Below are positions 27,255 to 37,102 of a DNA stretch of 64,000 nt, one piece after another (position 1 is the first letter of the stretch; each line of letters opens with the position of its first letter). The notes beneath the pieces were generated by a model. The model made no database searches. It saw only the letters and a list, made by a program, of their open reading frames with translations, and was not told the origin of the DNA. This DNA comes from Deltaproteobacteria bacterium. Lineage in GTDB: Bacteria > Desulfobacterota > Dissulfuribacteria > Dissulfuribacterales > QOAL01. Where the stretch lies: NCBI GenBank assembly GCA_027003115.1, contig JALWYS010000065.1, positions 4,655 to 68,654 of the forward strand, in the 5' to 3' direction. The position numbers were made by a program, and so were the translations under genes.

Positions 27255-27806
27255 ATGATGGAACCATTTAAAGGTACGACTGTGATTGCAGTCAGGCATG
27301 CAGGTAAGGTTGTCATAGGCGGTGACGGGCAGGTTACCTTGGGAAACACCGTTGTAAAGGGAAAGGCGCGAAAGGTAAGGCGTCTTTTTAACGGTAAGGT
27401 AATAACGGGTTTTGCCGGGGCAACTGCAGATGCCTTTACACTTTTTGAAAGACTTGATGGTAAGCTTGAGGCCTATGGTGGAAATCTTATGAGGGCTGCA
27501 GTTGAGCTAGCCAAGGACTGGAGGACAGATAAGCTCTTGCGCCGCCTTGAGGCAATGCTTATAGCAGCAGATAAGGAGCACACCCTTCTGATTTCCGGAG
27601 CAGGAGACGTCATTGAACCAGATGATGGATTGATAGCAATAGGCTCAGGCGGCCCCTATGCCCTTGCTGCTGCGCGGGCGCTTGTTGCCCACAGTGACCT
27701 TGATGCCGAAGAGATAGCAAGAAAGGCCCTTGATATAGCTGCTGACATTTGCATTTATACAAATCATAGCCTTGTTTTTGAAGGGCTTGAGGAAGATAAG
27801 AAATGA
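27255..27806 (+). CDS. hslV: ATP-dependent protease subunit HslV
   Basis: [23 protein letters not shown] and [15 protein letters not shown] chose ATG 27255 so that the catalytic Thr lies near the N-terminus. Confidence 0.9.
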   Translation: MMEPFKGTTVIAVRHAGKVVIGGDGQVTLGNTVVKGKARKVRRLFNGKVITGFAGATADAFTLFERLDGKLEAYGGNLMRAAVELAKDWRTDKLLRRLEAMLIAADKEHTLLISGAGDVIEPDDGLIAIGSGGPYALAAARALVAHSDLDAEEIARKALDIAADICIYTNHSLVFEGLEEDKK

Positions 27807-29155
27807 AAAATCTTGAACTAATGGATGAAATACAGCCACTTACTCCAAGACAGATAGTTGCGGAACTGGACAAGTATATAATTGGCCAGGCAAAGGCGAA
27901 ACGTTCCGTTGCCATTGCCCTTAGGAACCGGTGGCGCAGGCAGCAGGTGCCAGAGGAACTCAGGGATGAAATTGCTCCCAAGAACATAATCATGATTGGG
28001 CCTACAGGTGTGGGAAAAACCGAGATAGCCAGAAGGCTTGCAAGGCTTGCAAAATCCCCCTTTCTAAAGATTGAGGCCAGCAAGTTTACCGAGGTTGGCT
28101 ATGTCGGGCGGGATGTGGAGTCCATGATCAGGGATCTTACGCATCTCGCAGTGGATATGGTGAAGGCCGAAGAGAAGCAAAAGGTGGAGGAAAAGGCAAG
28201 GAAACAGGCAGAGGAAAGGCTGCTTGACCTCCTTCTTCCCCGTTCTTCAACAGGTATGGAAGAGACTTCAACGGAAACCAGGGAGCGTTTCAGGAAGATG
28301 CTTCGAGAGGGTAAGCTTGATGACAGGCCCGTGGAGCTTGAGGTCTCTGCACGTCCTGCTGCCCCCATGGTAGAGATATTTGCAGCGGCAGGTATGGAGG
28401 AGATGCAGTCCAACCTCCAGGACATGCTTTCGAATATCTTTCCCAAGAAGAGGAAAAGACGCCAGGTAAAGGTGAAGGAGGCCAGAAAGATACTTGAGCA
28501 GGAGGCGGCCGGAAGACTCATAGACATGGATAAGGTGGTGGAAAAGGCCGTTGCCAGGGTGGAGCAGTCTGGAATCATCTTTCTTGACGAGATAGATAAG
28601 ATAGCCGCAGGTTCATCTGCCAAGGGAGGCCCGGATGTCTCCAGGGAGGGGGTCCAGCGGGATCTTCTGCCCATTGTGGAGGGAACGAGTGTTCACACCA
28701 AGTATGGCATAGTGCGCACGGACCACATTCTTTTTATTGCCAGCGGGGCCTTTCATGTGGCAAAGCCTTCTGATCTGCTTCCCGAGCTTCAGGGGCGTTT
28801 CCCCATAAGGGTGGAACTTGACTCCCTGACCCAGGAGGATTTCGCAAGGATACTTGTAGAGCCAGAAAATGCCTTGGTAACCCAGTACAAGGCTCTCATG
28901 GAAACCGAAGAAATCGAACTCGTCTTCGAAGATGATGCCATTTCCGAGATAGCAAGGATTGCCTTTGAGGTGAACTCACGGACGGAAAACATTGGGGCAA
29001 GGAGGCTTCACACCGTAATGGAAAGGCTCCTTGAGGAGGTCTCCTTTGAGGCCCCGGATATCGCGCCTCAGACCATAAGGATCACTGCTGGATATGTGAG
29101 GGAAAAGCTCAGCGATATCTTAGAGGATCAGGATCTCAGCAGGTTCATCTTGTAG
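27803..29155 (+). CDS. hslU: ATP-dependent protease ATPase subunit HslU
   Basis: [17 protein letters not shown], Walker [16 protein letters not shown], and [10 protein letters not shown]. The start overlaps the hslV stop. Confidence 0.95.
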   Translation: MKNLELMDEIQPLTPRQIVAELDKYIIGQAKAKRSVAIALRNRWRRQQVPEELRDEIAPKNIIMIGPTGVGKTEIARRLARLAKSPFLKIEASKFTEVGYVGRDVESMIRDLTHLAVDMVKAEEKQKVEEKARKQAEERLLDLLLPRSSTGMEETSTETRERFRKMLREGKLDDRPVELEVSARPAAPMVEIFAAAGMEEMQSNLQDMLSNIFPKKRKRRQVKVKEARKILEQEAAGRLIDMDKVVEKAVARVEQSGIIFLDEIDKIAAGSSAKGGPDVSREGVQRDLLPIVEGTSVHTKYGIVRTDHILFIASGAFHVAKPSDLLPELQGRFPIRVELDSLTQEDFARILVEPENALVTQYKALMETEEIELVFEDDAISEIARIAFEVNSRTENIGARRLHTVMERLLEEVSFEAPDIAPQTIRITAGYVREKLSDILEDQDLSRFIL

Positions 29156-29173
29156 TCGTAAGAGGAAAAGATC

Positions 29174-30076
29174 ATGTCAACCCAATCATCTGAAACTGCG
29201 CAAGTCTTAATCGAGGCCCTTCCTTACATAAGGCGCTTTTACGGAAAGACCATAGTCATAAAATATGGCGGACACGCCATGGTGGACGAGGGTCTTAAGG
29301 AGAAGTTTGCCCTTGACATCATTCTCATGAAGTATGTGGGCATAAATCCTGTAATAGTTCACGGCGGAGGCCCTCAGATAAGTAACATAATGGACCGAAT
29401 GGGGATAAAGCCCACCTTCGTGGAAGGACAGAGGGTGACAGATGATGAGACCATGAGCGTTGTGGAAATGGTGCTCGTGGGTACCGTCAACAAGGAAATC
29501 GTGGGGCTCATAAACAGGCTTGGAGGGCGCGCCGTTGGGCTTTCTGGCCGGGACGGAGAGCTAGTTCAGGCAAGGCGTATGAAGATCTACCGCTATAGTG
29601 GCGACGAACGTCCTCCGGAAATAATAGACATTGGCCGTGTGGGCAAGGTGTCCAAGGTGAACCCAGAGGTGCTAGTAGCCCTTGAGAGCCAGGGCTTCAT
29701 ACCAGTAATTGCTCCAGTGGGTGTGGGGCCTGACTCACAAGCCTATAACATAAATGCCGACCTTGTGGCAGGCGCCATAGCAGGCGAGCTTCGTGCTGAA
29801 AAACTCATACTTCTTACTGATGTTGCCGGTGTCCTTGGGCCTGGAGGAGAAGGTGAAAGCAGTAGGCTCATTCATTCCATGACTGTGGAGGAGGTAAAAA
29901 AGGCCCTTAAAGAGGGTACGGCCTCTGGGGGAATGATTCCAAAACTAAAGGCATGCCTCAAGGCCCTTGAACAAGGCACAAGAAAGGCCCACATTATCGA
30001 CGGAAGACGTGAACATGCCATTCTTTTAGAGCTCTTTACCGATGCAGGTGTCGGCACGGAGATTGTCGGAGATTGA
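29174..30076 (+). CDS. argB: acetylglutamate kinase
   Basis: [35 protein letters not shown] and [10 protein letters not shown]. Confidence 0.93.
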   Translation: MSTQSSETAQVLIEALPYIRRFYGKTIVIKYGGHAMVDEGLKEKFALDIILMKYVGINPVIVHGGGPQISNIMDRMGIKPTFVEGQRVTDDETMSVVEMVLVGTVNKEIVGLINRLGGRAVGLSGRDGELVQARRMKIYRYSGDERPPEIIDIGRVGKVSKVNPEVLVALESQGFIPVIAPVGVGPDSQAYNINADLVAGAIAGELRAEKLILLTDVAGVLGPGGEGESSRLIHSMTVEEVKKALKEGTASGGMIPKLKACLKALEQGTRKAHIIDGRREHAILLELFTDAGVGTEIVGD

Positions 30077-30091
30077 TCTTTTTGCCGCTTT

Positions 30092-31030
30092 TTATTTGGC
30101 TGTCTTAAGACCGATAGGCACTATCCCAAATGAGGAGATGATCTCCTGCCCTTTCTTAGAAGTGCAAAATTCCAAGAAGTTACGTGCATTTTTGTCCAGG
30201 TCTTTTTTGTTAAAAGTTGCGTAAAGGGCAGCAGAAAGGGGATAGGTTCCACTTTTGATGTTTTCAGCTGAAGGGATGAAATAGTCCTCACCCTCTTTTG
30301 GGGAAATGGCCAATGGCTTTATCTTTCCATCTTTTCTGTTGAATAGATAAAATCCAATGGCTTCTGGCTGGGTGGAAATGGCCTGAAAGAGATCCACGTT
30401 GGTGTCGAGAAACCTGAGATCGTTTTTAAGGTTTCCTCCGCACAGGCAGGCCTCCTGAAACCATTTGTTGAGTTCGGGAGAGCTTGAGAGGCCAAAGGGG
30501 ATAACCTTGAGGTCTATCCAGTGGCCGGTCAGACCAAGCTGACCAAAGTTCTCTATCTGATAAGGGAAACCACATCTTCTTTTGGTGGAAAAGATGGCGT
30601 CAATTTGCGTAATGGTAAGCCCTTTTAATGGATTGGCTTTGTTTACGTAGATGGCTAGGGCAGGCCTGCCAACAAGAATGATTCCCTTGTCTTTTTGTGC
30701 CGTTGCGTTTGCGCTTTTACCTGATTTTTTCCCATGAGGGGAAATGATGAATTTTATCAGGGGCTGGGCGTCCAGGCCCTCTTCCTTACCTTCAGAGCCT
30801 GTAGTTTCGCTAAAGATGAAGATATCACCTTTTCCATGGGTCCTTTGCCATTGCTTTACAAGTTCCTCTGTGCAGGGTCTTAAAAAGGCAGGAACAGACA
30901 GATTGAAACCAATTTCGGAATCCTTCTTGGCCTTGGATTTGTTCGTTTGGCCTATAACCAATCCACTTAAAAAGACGGCTATAAAAACAAAGGTACTTGT
31001 TAACTGCAGAAAGAGATAAGGTTTTTTCAT
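30092..31030 (-). CDS. exported PstS-like (PBP type 2) substrate-binding protein
   Basis: N-terminal hydrophobic signal/anchor. Motifs GRPALAIYVNKANPLKGLTITQIDAIF and SGTYPLSAALY resemble phosphate-binding PBP domains. The start overlaps the upstream crp-family stop. Confidence 0.55.
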   Translation of the reverse strand: MKKPYLFLQLTSTFVFIAVFLSGLVIGQTNKSKAKKDSEIGFNLSVPAFLRPCTEELVKQWQRTHGKGDIFIFSETTGSEGKEEGLDAQPLIKFIISPHGKKSGKSANATAQKDKGIILVGRPALAIYVNKANPLKGLTITQIDAIFSTKRRCGFPYQIENFGQLGLTGHWIDLKVIPFGLSSSPELNKWFQEACLCGGNLKNDLRFLDTNVDLFQAISTQPEAIGFYLFNRKDGKIKPLAISPKEGEDYFIPSAENIKSGTYPLSAALYATFNKKDLDKNARNFLEFCTSKKGQEIISSFGIVPIGLKTAK

Positions 31031-31728
31031 GGCATGTTCAATCCGATTTCATCTGGAGATAGTCCGGAAATCGCCTCCAATTCCTTCCTGTTTTTTATTT
31101 CTATCTGGCCACCCTTGACAACTATTATGCCTGATCGTTGCATCTTTGAAAGGATTCTGGAAAGCGTTTCGGGAATGGTGCCAAGGAGGCTAGCAAGCTG
31201 GGTTTTGGTCATCTCCAAGGTCACAGTGTCCCTTCCCCCTCCCTGGGCACTTGCAATCAAAAGATAGGTCGCAAGTCTTCCTGGAACCTCCTTCAGTGAA
31301 AGATCCCCGATCATTCTGGCAAATAGCATCAGACGTCTGGAGAGTATGGCAAGAAGATTTAGGGAAAGAGATGGGTTTTCCTCAAGTAGCCGTTCAAATC
31401 CTGATCGTGGTATGTAAAATGTTTTGGTTTCTTCCATGGCAGAGGCATTGGCCGGAAAAAGGGCCCCTGCAAACACGGCTGCTTCTCCAAAGGGCTCCCC
31501 TGGCCCAAAAATGTGAAGTATCTGTTCTCTCCCTTCCCCTGACAGCCTGTAAACCTTTATCCTTCCAGATAATACCACATAGAAACCTTCAGCTACCTCA
31601 CCCTGAAAAAAGATGGTCTCCTTTTTGGAAAAGGTGCGGAGCTGCCCAATGGCCTCAAGCTGGGCAAGATGTTTTTCTGGAAGCCCCTTGAAAAGAAAAC
31701 ATTGAGTCAAGACCTCTTTAACCTTCAA
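31027..31728 (-). CDS. Crp/Fnr-family transcriptional regulator
   Basis: cNMP-binding domain (FLFKGL...FFQGEVAEGFYVVLSGRIKVYRLS..GREQIL...GEPFGEAA) plus an HTH (TQLASLLGTIPETLSRILSKM). I prefer the TTG start at 31728-31726 (MKVKEVL, 233 aa) over the 290-aa maximal ORF that reaches 31899 and overlaps corA. Confidence 0.8.
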   Translation of the reverse strand: MKVKEVLTQCFLFKGLPEKHLAQLEAIGQLRTFSKKETIFFQGEVAEGFYVVLSGRIKVYRLSGEGREQILHIFGPGEPFGEAAVFAGALFPANASAMEETKTFYIPRSGFERLLEENPSLSLNLLAILSRRLMLFARMIGDLSLKEVPGRLATYLLIASAQGGGRDTVTLEMTKTQLASLLGTIPETLSRILSKMQRSGIIVVKGGQIEIKNRKELEAISGLSPDEIGLNMP

Positions 31729-31811
31729 CGCTAGCCCCTTACTAAACCTCTTTTTCTTGCCTATTGCCGTGCCCTGTCGTATAAATGTAGAAAAATTTTT
31801 TAGGTGACGTC

Positions 31812-32744
31812 TTGCTAAAAATATACAAACCTCAAAAAAATGCCCTTGAGTCCCTTGACACGGTGGAGAAGGGCTGCTGGATAAATCTCGAAGATCCAAC
31901 CGAGGATGAGATTAATAGGATATTGACAGAGACTCAAGTGCTGCCAGAGTTTTTGAGGTATCCCCTTGACATGGAAGAGACGTCCAGGGTTGAAAGTGAC
32001 GAGGGACAGCTTCTTATTATTGTAAAGATTCCTCATCCGCAGCACATGGAGGATGTTGTAAGGTATGAGACAATCCCTCTGGGAATAATACTTCTTGAAG
32101 ATATCGTAATTACCATCTGTCCAGTAAAATCTACCGTTCTGGAAAAGGTTGTGGAAACTGCTGGGAAACAACGGGCCCTTTCCTCCCACATACGTTTCAT
32201 TTTCAACATATTTCTGAGGGTCGCAGGGGAGTATTTGCGTTACCTGCGTCTCATAGACAGGTTAATGGATGAGTACGAAGAGGAGCTTCACCGCTCCATG
32301 AGAAACAAGGAGCTCATAAAACTTCTCAACCTGGAGAAGAGCCTTGTATATTTCAATACAAGCTTGAAGGCAAATGATATGGTCATGGCTCGGCTTGGTA
32401 GCGGACGCTATTTGGCCATTACAGAAGACGATGAGGATATACTCGAAGATGCCCAGGTGGAAAACCAGCAGGCCATAGAGATGGCTAAGATATACAGTGA
32501 CATTCTTGCCGGTATGATGGATGCCTATGCTTCGGTTATTTCAAATAACCTCAACATAGTCATGAAATTTCTTACTGCCGTAACCATAGTCCTTATGCTA
32601 CCCAACCTGGTGGCAAGTATTTACGGTATGAATATAGAGTTGCCTTTTCAGCATAATCCCCATGCCTTTTTCATTACCATGGGTCTGTCCTTCCTTATGT
32701 CAGCCTTGGTGATCTATATATTCATAAGAAGGAAGATGTTTTAG
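31812..32744 (+). CDS. corA: magnesium/cobalt transporter CorA
   Basis: C-terminal YGMN motif (ASIYGMNIELPF) flanked by two TM helices. TTG start, with AGGTGA 4 nt upstream. Confidence 0.88.
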   Translation: MLKIYKPQKNALESLDTVEKGCWINLEDPTEDEINRILTETQVLPEFLRYPLDMEETSRVESDEGQLLIIVKIPHPQHMEDVVRYETIPLGIILLEDIVITICPVKSTVLEKVVETAGKQRALSSHIRFIFNIFLRVAGEYLRYLRLIDRLMDEYEEELHRSMRNKELIKLLNLEKSLVYFNTSLKANDMVMARLGSGRYLAITEDDEDILEDAQVENQQAIEMAKIYSDILAGMMDAYASVISNNLNIVMKFLTAVTIVLMLPNLVASIYGMNIELPFQHNPHAFFITMGLSFLMSALVIYIFIRRKMF

Positions 32745-32750
32745 CCTTGC

Positions 32751-34502
32751 ATGAATCCGGATAACAAGGAAACAACTGGCAAAAATCCAGAAAAAGAGGC
32801 TTGGCTGGCCAACTTCTTTACGGAGAACCATATAGCCTACGAGGCCTTTCCTCATGAGGTTGCCTCTCTTGAACAGCTTCGCTTTATGGTCTACACAGAG
32901 CCCGGCCAGCTTTATTACCCTTGTTCGGACCGCACCTTTAACGCCATCATCAACAGAACCGATAGCGACTGGCTCATAATGAACTATGTCAAGGTGTGGG
33001 ACAGGATAAAACCGCTTGTTACATCCATAGTAGAAGATGATTTCAAACGAGAGTTTCTGCTGAACCTCCTGCACATAAAATTCAGGCACGATACTGCCTC
33101 TCTCGTAATGCTTCCTTCCAGGATTGAAAAACGCCTTCTCCATATATTTATCAGGGTGAGCGAGATAGACAGGCCCCTTGCAAGAAAAAAAGAGGAGATG
33201 AATCAGAAGGTAAGCAGGCTCCTAAATTCAGAGGCTTATCAGCAGGCCATTAATGACAGGGAGGGCCTATCCCTTGAAACAGACTCACCCCTTGATGAGA
33301 TAGGGTTGCGCATAAGTTTTTTAAAATTAAGGAGGCTTTTCAGTCTGGCCTTTAATATTGACAAGGTAATGGCCAGTGAAGAACTGACCAAAGAGAAACT
33401 TATGGAATTCATGGCTACGGAGGTCGGAGGCGAAGGCTGGAAACATCTTGAAGAGACTTTAAGAAGTTGGCACAAGGACCAGGAATGGCACTATATATTG
33501 TGGAAAAGTCCAGTGGCCGGGTCTGTCTTACTTGACCTTGAGGTAATCAAGATCCTGGTACGCTTTGGTGTAAAGGTGATAATCTCGGTAAAACACGCCT
33601 TTTACTTCGATGAGATAACCATGGCAGACGTCATGGAAGATCCCTATCTCACAGAGGGATTAAAGATTGCAGAGGTGATTACTGAGCGCCAGATATCAAA
33701 GAACAATCTCCTTGACAAATTGAAGAGTGATAAGACCATATTCGTAATCGATGACGGTACCCAGGAGAGATTTAATCCCCTCCTTACATCTGTAACCTTT
33801 GCCAGGGCCTTCAAGGAGGCAGACGAAGTCCTTATTCGCTCGCCAAAGGATGCATGGTGCATTGCACGTTCCAGTTTCAGTTATACCAGGAACATGTTGT
33901 TACGAAATCTGGATGTAACCGACCACCTGGACATAATGTTCAAGCCCAAGCATTCAAAGGCGGTGCGTTTTTCAGAGGCAGATCTAAGGGCAAAGGCCGA
34001 GGCTCTCATCTATCACTTAAAGATGGAAAAGAGGAAGGGCAAGACCATAATGTTCTATAGTGCCATAGTTGGCAGCATTCCAGGGCAGCTTGAAATGGCC
34101 AAGAAGATTCTTAAAGTATTTGTGAATTATCTGCGCCAAAAGCACAAGGATGTGGTGATAATAAACCCGGCAGAGCATTTTGAGCCTGGAATGGATGCGG
34201 ATGATCTCATGTATATGTGGGAGATGGTCCAGAGAAGCGGACTAATTGACATCTGGCGTTTCCAGACCTATGAAGACATTGAAAAGGCCTTTGAGCTTAT
34301 GGGTGAGAAGGTTCCGCCAGAGTGGGTGGGTAAGGATGCAACCTACAGCACTGGTTGCACAAAGGAGATGCAGATAGCCAGGGAGGTCCAGAAAGAACAT
34401 CCAGAGATGCAGATAATCGGACCGCCATGGGAGAAATTTCTAAGGAGGAAGGAGTATGGGGTAGGAAAATTGTATGATAGAACATTAGGAGATATTTCGT
34501 AA
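32751..34502 (+). CDS. 583-aa cytoplasmic protein of unknown function
   Basis: Long uninterrupted ORF beginning 6 nt after corA and ending 4 nt before phoH. I recognise no family motif, signal peptide or TM segment. Confidence 0.6.
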   Translation: MNPDNKETTGKNPEKEAWLANFFTENHIAYEAFPHEVASLEQLRFMVYTEPGQLYYPCSDRTFNAIINRTDSDWLIMNYVKVWDRIKPLVTSIVEDDFKREFLLNLLHIKFRHDTASLVMLPSRIEKRLLHIFIRVSEIDRPLARKKEEMNQKVSRLLNSEAYQQAINDREGLSLETDSPLDEIGLRISFLKLRRLFSLAFNIDKVMASEELTKEKLMEFMATEVGGEGWKHLEETLRSWHKDQEWHYILWKSPVAGSVLLDLEVIKILVRFGVKVIISVKHAFYFDEITMADVMEDPYLTEGLKIAEVITERQISKNNLLDKLKSDKTIFVIDDGTQERFNPLLTSVTFARAFKEADEVLIRSPKDAWCIARSSFSYTRNMLLRNLDVTDHLDIMFKPKHSKAVRFSEADLRAKAEALIYHLKMEKRKGKTIMFYSAIVGSIPGQLEMAKKILKVFVNYLRQKHKDVVIINPAEHFEPGMDADDLMYMWEMVQRSGLIDIWRFQTYEDIEKAFELMGEKVPPEWVGKDATYSTGCTKEMQIAREVQKEHPEMQIIGPPWEKFLRRKEYGVGKLYDRTLGDIS

Positions 34503-34506
34503 GGAC

Positions 34507-35478
34507 ATGATCAGCAGAAACCTTGATTTTGAAGACAACACTGTAATCATTGATCTCTACGGCGAACATGGCCGGAATCTTAAACTCATTGAAGATGCAC
34601 TGGGGGTGGATATCCAGACAAAAGGGAACCAGCTTACCATTACAGGGGACGCTGCTGGGATCGATCTTGCCCAAAGCGCATGCACCCAGCTTTATAGCCT
34701 GGTGAAGCAGGGATATCCCCTGGAATCAAAGGACGTTGAGTTCGCAATTGGAATACTCAGCGAGGATCCAAACGCACAGATAGCTGACGTATTTCTTGAT
34801 AATCTCACCATAAAATCAGGCAGGAAAAAGATATCACCCAAAAGTCTTGCCCAGAAGTATTATGTGGAATCCATCAGGAAAAACGACATTGTTTTTGGAA
34901 TAGGCCCGGCAGGCACGGGTAAGACCTACCTTGCCATGGCAATGGCCATATCATTCCTGCTTAACGACGATATAGCGCGAATAATTATGGTAAGGCCGGC
35001 GGTTGAGGCAGGGGAAAGGCTTGGATTCCTGCCCGGGGATCTTGAAGAAAAGGTCAACCCCTATCTGCGGCCGCTTTATGACGCCCTTTACGACATGCTT
35101 CCCTTTGACAGGGTGGCAAGACTTCTTGAAAGGGGCATAATCGAGGTGGCACCCCTTGCCTTCATGAGGGGTAGGACACTGAATGATGCTTTCATTATCC
35201 TTGATGAGGCCCAAAATACCACATCCAGCCAGATGAAGATGTTTCTGACCAGGATAGGCTTTGGCTCAAAGGCCGTGATTACCGGTGACATTACCCAGAT
35301 AGACCTTGATGACAGGAGCGAGTCGGGACTCGTTGAGGCCAAAAGGCTCTTAAAGGATATCAAGGGAATTGCATTTTGCACCTTTTCAAAAAAGGATGTG
35401 GTAAGACATCCTCTTGTAAAACGAATTATCCAGGCATACGAAGAAGAGGAAGAGAAGAAGCGAAAAAGGGCCACTTAA
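34507..35478 (+). CDS. ybeZ: PhoH-family ATPase (YbeZ-like, with an N-terminal KH-like region)
   Basis: Walker A GPAGTGKTYLAMA, ILDEAQNT and GDITQIDL. Confidence 0.9.
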   Translation: MISRNLDFEDNTVIIDLYGEHGRNLKLIEDALGVDIQTKGNQLTITGDAAGIDLAQSACTQLYSLVKQGYPLESKDVEFAIGILSEDPNAQIADVFLDNLTIKSGRKKISPKSLAQKYYVESIRKNDIVFGIGPAGTGKTYLAMAMAISFLLNDDIARIIMVRPAVEAGERLGFLPGDLEEKVNPYLRPLYDALYDMLPFDRVARLLERGIIEVAPLAFMRGRTLNDAFIILDEAQNTTSSQMKMFLTRIGFGSKAVITGDITQIDLDDRSESGLVEAKRLLKDIKGIAFCTFSKKDVVRHPLVKRIIQAYEEEEEKKRKRAT

Positions 35479-35481
35479 GCC

Positions 35482-35901
35482 ATGCCTGCAACCATACTCG
35501 TCAAGTCCCAAGGCCCTGTTTCAATACAAAGCATAAAAAGAAGTGCTAACTGGCTGCTAAGGAGCCAGTTGCTTTCCCATAAGGAACTCACTGTTGTCCT
35601 TACGGACAATGCCGGAATAAAGGAAATAAACAAAAGATGGTTTAAAAGGCCCTGGGCAACAAATGTCATCTCTTTCCCGTCTGAGGAGCCTGGCATTCTG
35701 GGGGACATTGTCATATCCGTTGAAAGGGCAAGGGAAGAGGCCCAGGAGGGGCTGACCACTGTTCAAAACCGGACCATTGAGCTTTTGATCCACGGCTTTG
35801 TCCATCTTTTGGGGTATGATCATGAGCTTGGCCCTCATGAAGAAAAACGCATGGCCAAAAAGGAATTTGAGCTAAAGAGGAACCTTTTCAGGAGGAGTCT
35901 A
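35482..35901 (+). CDS. ybeY: rRNA maturation endoribonuclease YbeY (no stop codon of its own; reads in frame into pdxJ)
   Basis: Zinc-binding motif [11 protein letters not shown], plus TNVISFP and GDIVIS. The reading frame continues without a stop into the pdxJ coding sequence. Confidence 0.8.
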
Positions 35902-36618
35902 ATGGCAGATCTTTGTATAAATGTTGATCATGTGGCAACCATTCGTCAGGCGAGGGGTGGGGTGGAACCTGACCCGGTTGTAGCCGCAGGTATTGTGGAG
36001 CTTGCGGGTGCGGATGGGATCGTTGTGCATCTAAGGGAGGACAGGCGCCACATACAAGACAGAGACGTGCGTCTGCTCCGCCAGATCGTTCAGACGCGCC
36101 TTACCCTTGAGATGGCTGCAACTGAAGAGATGCTTGGAATTGCTGAAGACATCAAACCGGATATCGTGACCCTTGTTCCTGAGAAGAGGCAGGAGCTTAC
36201 CACAGAGGGGGGGCTGGACGTATTGGCGCTTGAAAAATCCATTACGGATGCCGTTAAAAGGCTTCACGATGCAGGTATTCCGGTGAGCATATTCATTGAC
36301 CCTGAAAGGGACCAGATCGAGGCCGCCAAAAGGACAGGCGCTGAATGCATAGAGATACATACAGGCCGTTATGCCGATGCGGAAAGTGAGGAAGAACGGG
36401 AGAAGGAGTTCGATTCAATAGTGGAAATGGCAGGATTTGCCGCTGATATTGGCCTCAGGGTACATGCAGGCCATGGGCTCAACTACCAGAACACCGGAAG
36501 GCTCGCCGCAGTCAGTGAAATAGTGGAATTCAGCATAGGCCACTCTGTTATTTCAAGATCTGTTTTTGTGGGCATTGAAAGGGCAGTGAAGGAAATGCTT
36601 GCAATTGTAAAGGGTTAA
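35902..36618 (+). CDS. pdxJ: pyridoxine 5'-phosphate synthase
   Basis: [42 protein letters not shown] and HAGHGLNY. An internal AGGAGG (35890-35895) lies 6 nt before ATG 35902. Confidence 0.9.
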   Translation: MADLCINVDHVATIRQARGGVEPDPVVAAGIVELAGADGIVVHLREDRRHIQDRDVRLLRQIVQTRLTLEMAATEEMLGIAEDIKPDIVTLVPEKRQELTTEGGLDVLALEKSITDAVKRLHDAGIPVSIFIDPERDQIEAAKRTGAECIEIHTGRYADAESEEEREKEFDSIVEMAGFAADIGLRVHAGHGLNYQNTGRLAAVSEIVEFSIGHSVISRSVFVGIERAVKEMLAIVKG

Positions 36619-36628
36619 GGTTTCTTTT

Positions 36629-37006
36629 GTGATCATTGGTGTAGGTATAGACCTTGTGCAAATAAAGCGCATGGAAAGGGCCGTAGATCGCTTTGGAGAG
36701 GCTTTTTTGCAAAGGGTCTTTTGCCCTGGTGAGATCTCCTGGTGCAAAAAGAAACGAAACCCTTATCCCTGCTTTGCCGCGCGCTTTGCTGCCAAGGAGG
36801 CCTTTGTCAAGGCCCTTGGGACTGGTTTTTCTGGGGGAATAACCTTGAAAGACATTTGGATCGAAAGGCTTGATAGTGGTGCACCTGTTTTAAGGTTTTC
36901 CAAGAGGGCCAAACAGATTATGGATGAGCTAGGAAGTCCAAGGGCCTACGTAAGCCTTACCCATGAAAGGGATGTTGCAGCGGCAGTTGTGGTGATTGAG
37001 AAATAG
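36629..37006 (+). CDS. acpS: holo-[acyl-carrier-protein] synthase
   Basis: The N-terminus (M)IIGVGIDLVQIKRM, FAAKEAFVKALGTG and the 125-aa size fit AcpS. GTG start. Confidence 0.9.
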   Translation: MIIGVGIDLVQIKRMERAVDRFGEAFLQRVFCPGEISWCKKKRNPYPCFAARFAAKEAFVKALGTGFSGGITLKDIWIERLDSGAPVLRFSKRAKQIMDELGSPRAYVSLTHERDVAAAVVVIEK

Positions 37007-37060
37007 TGAGCATAAGTGGCCTAGATTTCTTCCATGGAGTGTACGTTTCCAAAATAAAAA

Positions 37061-37079
37061 GGCCGTCAAGCAGACGGCC
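37061..37079. terminator. bidirectional rho-independent terminator (acpS / flgE convergent)
   Basis: GGCCGTC-aagca-GACGGCC, flanked by AAAATAAAAA on the left and TCAATTTTTT on the right. Confidence 0.8.
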
Positions 37080-37102
37080 TCAATTTTTTCGTCTCTTTTT
37101 TG

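Noticed and set aside
31729-31899. A 57-aa N-terminal extension of the Crp/Fnr regulator (maximal ORF to 31899).
   Set aside because: The extension is Ser/Pro/Cys-rich with no homology, and it overlaps the corA start region. A TTG with an upstream AAGGGG gives a canonical 233-aa Crp-family protein.
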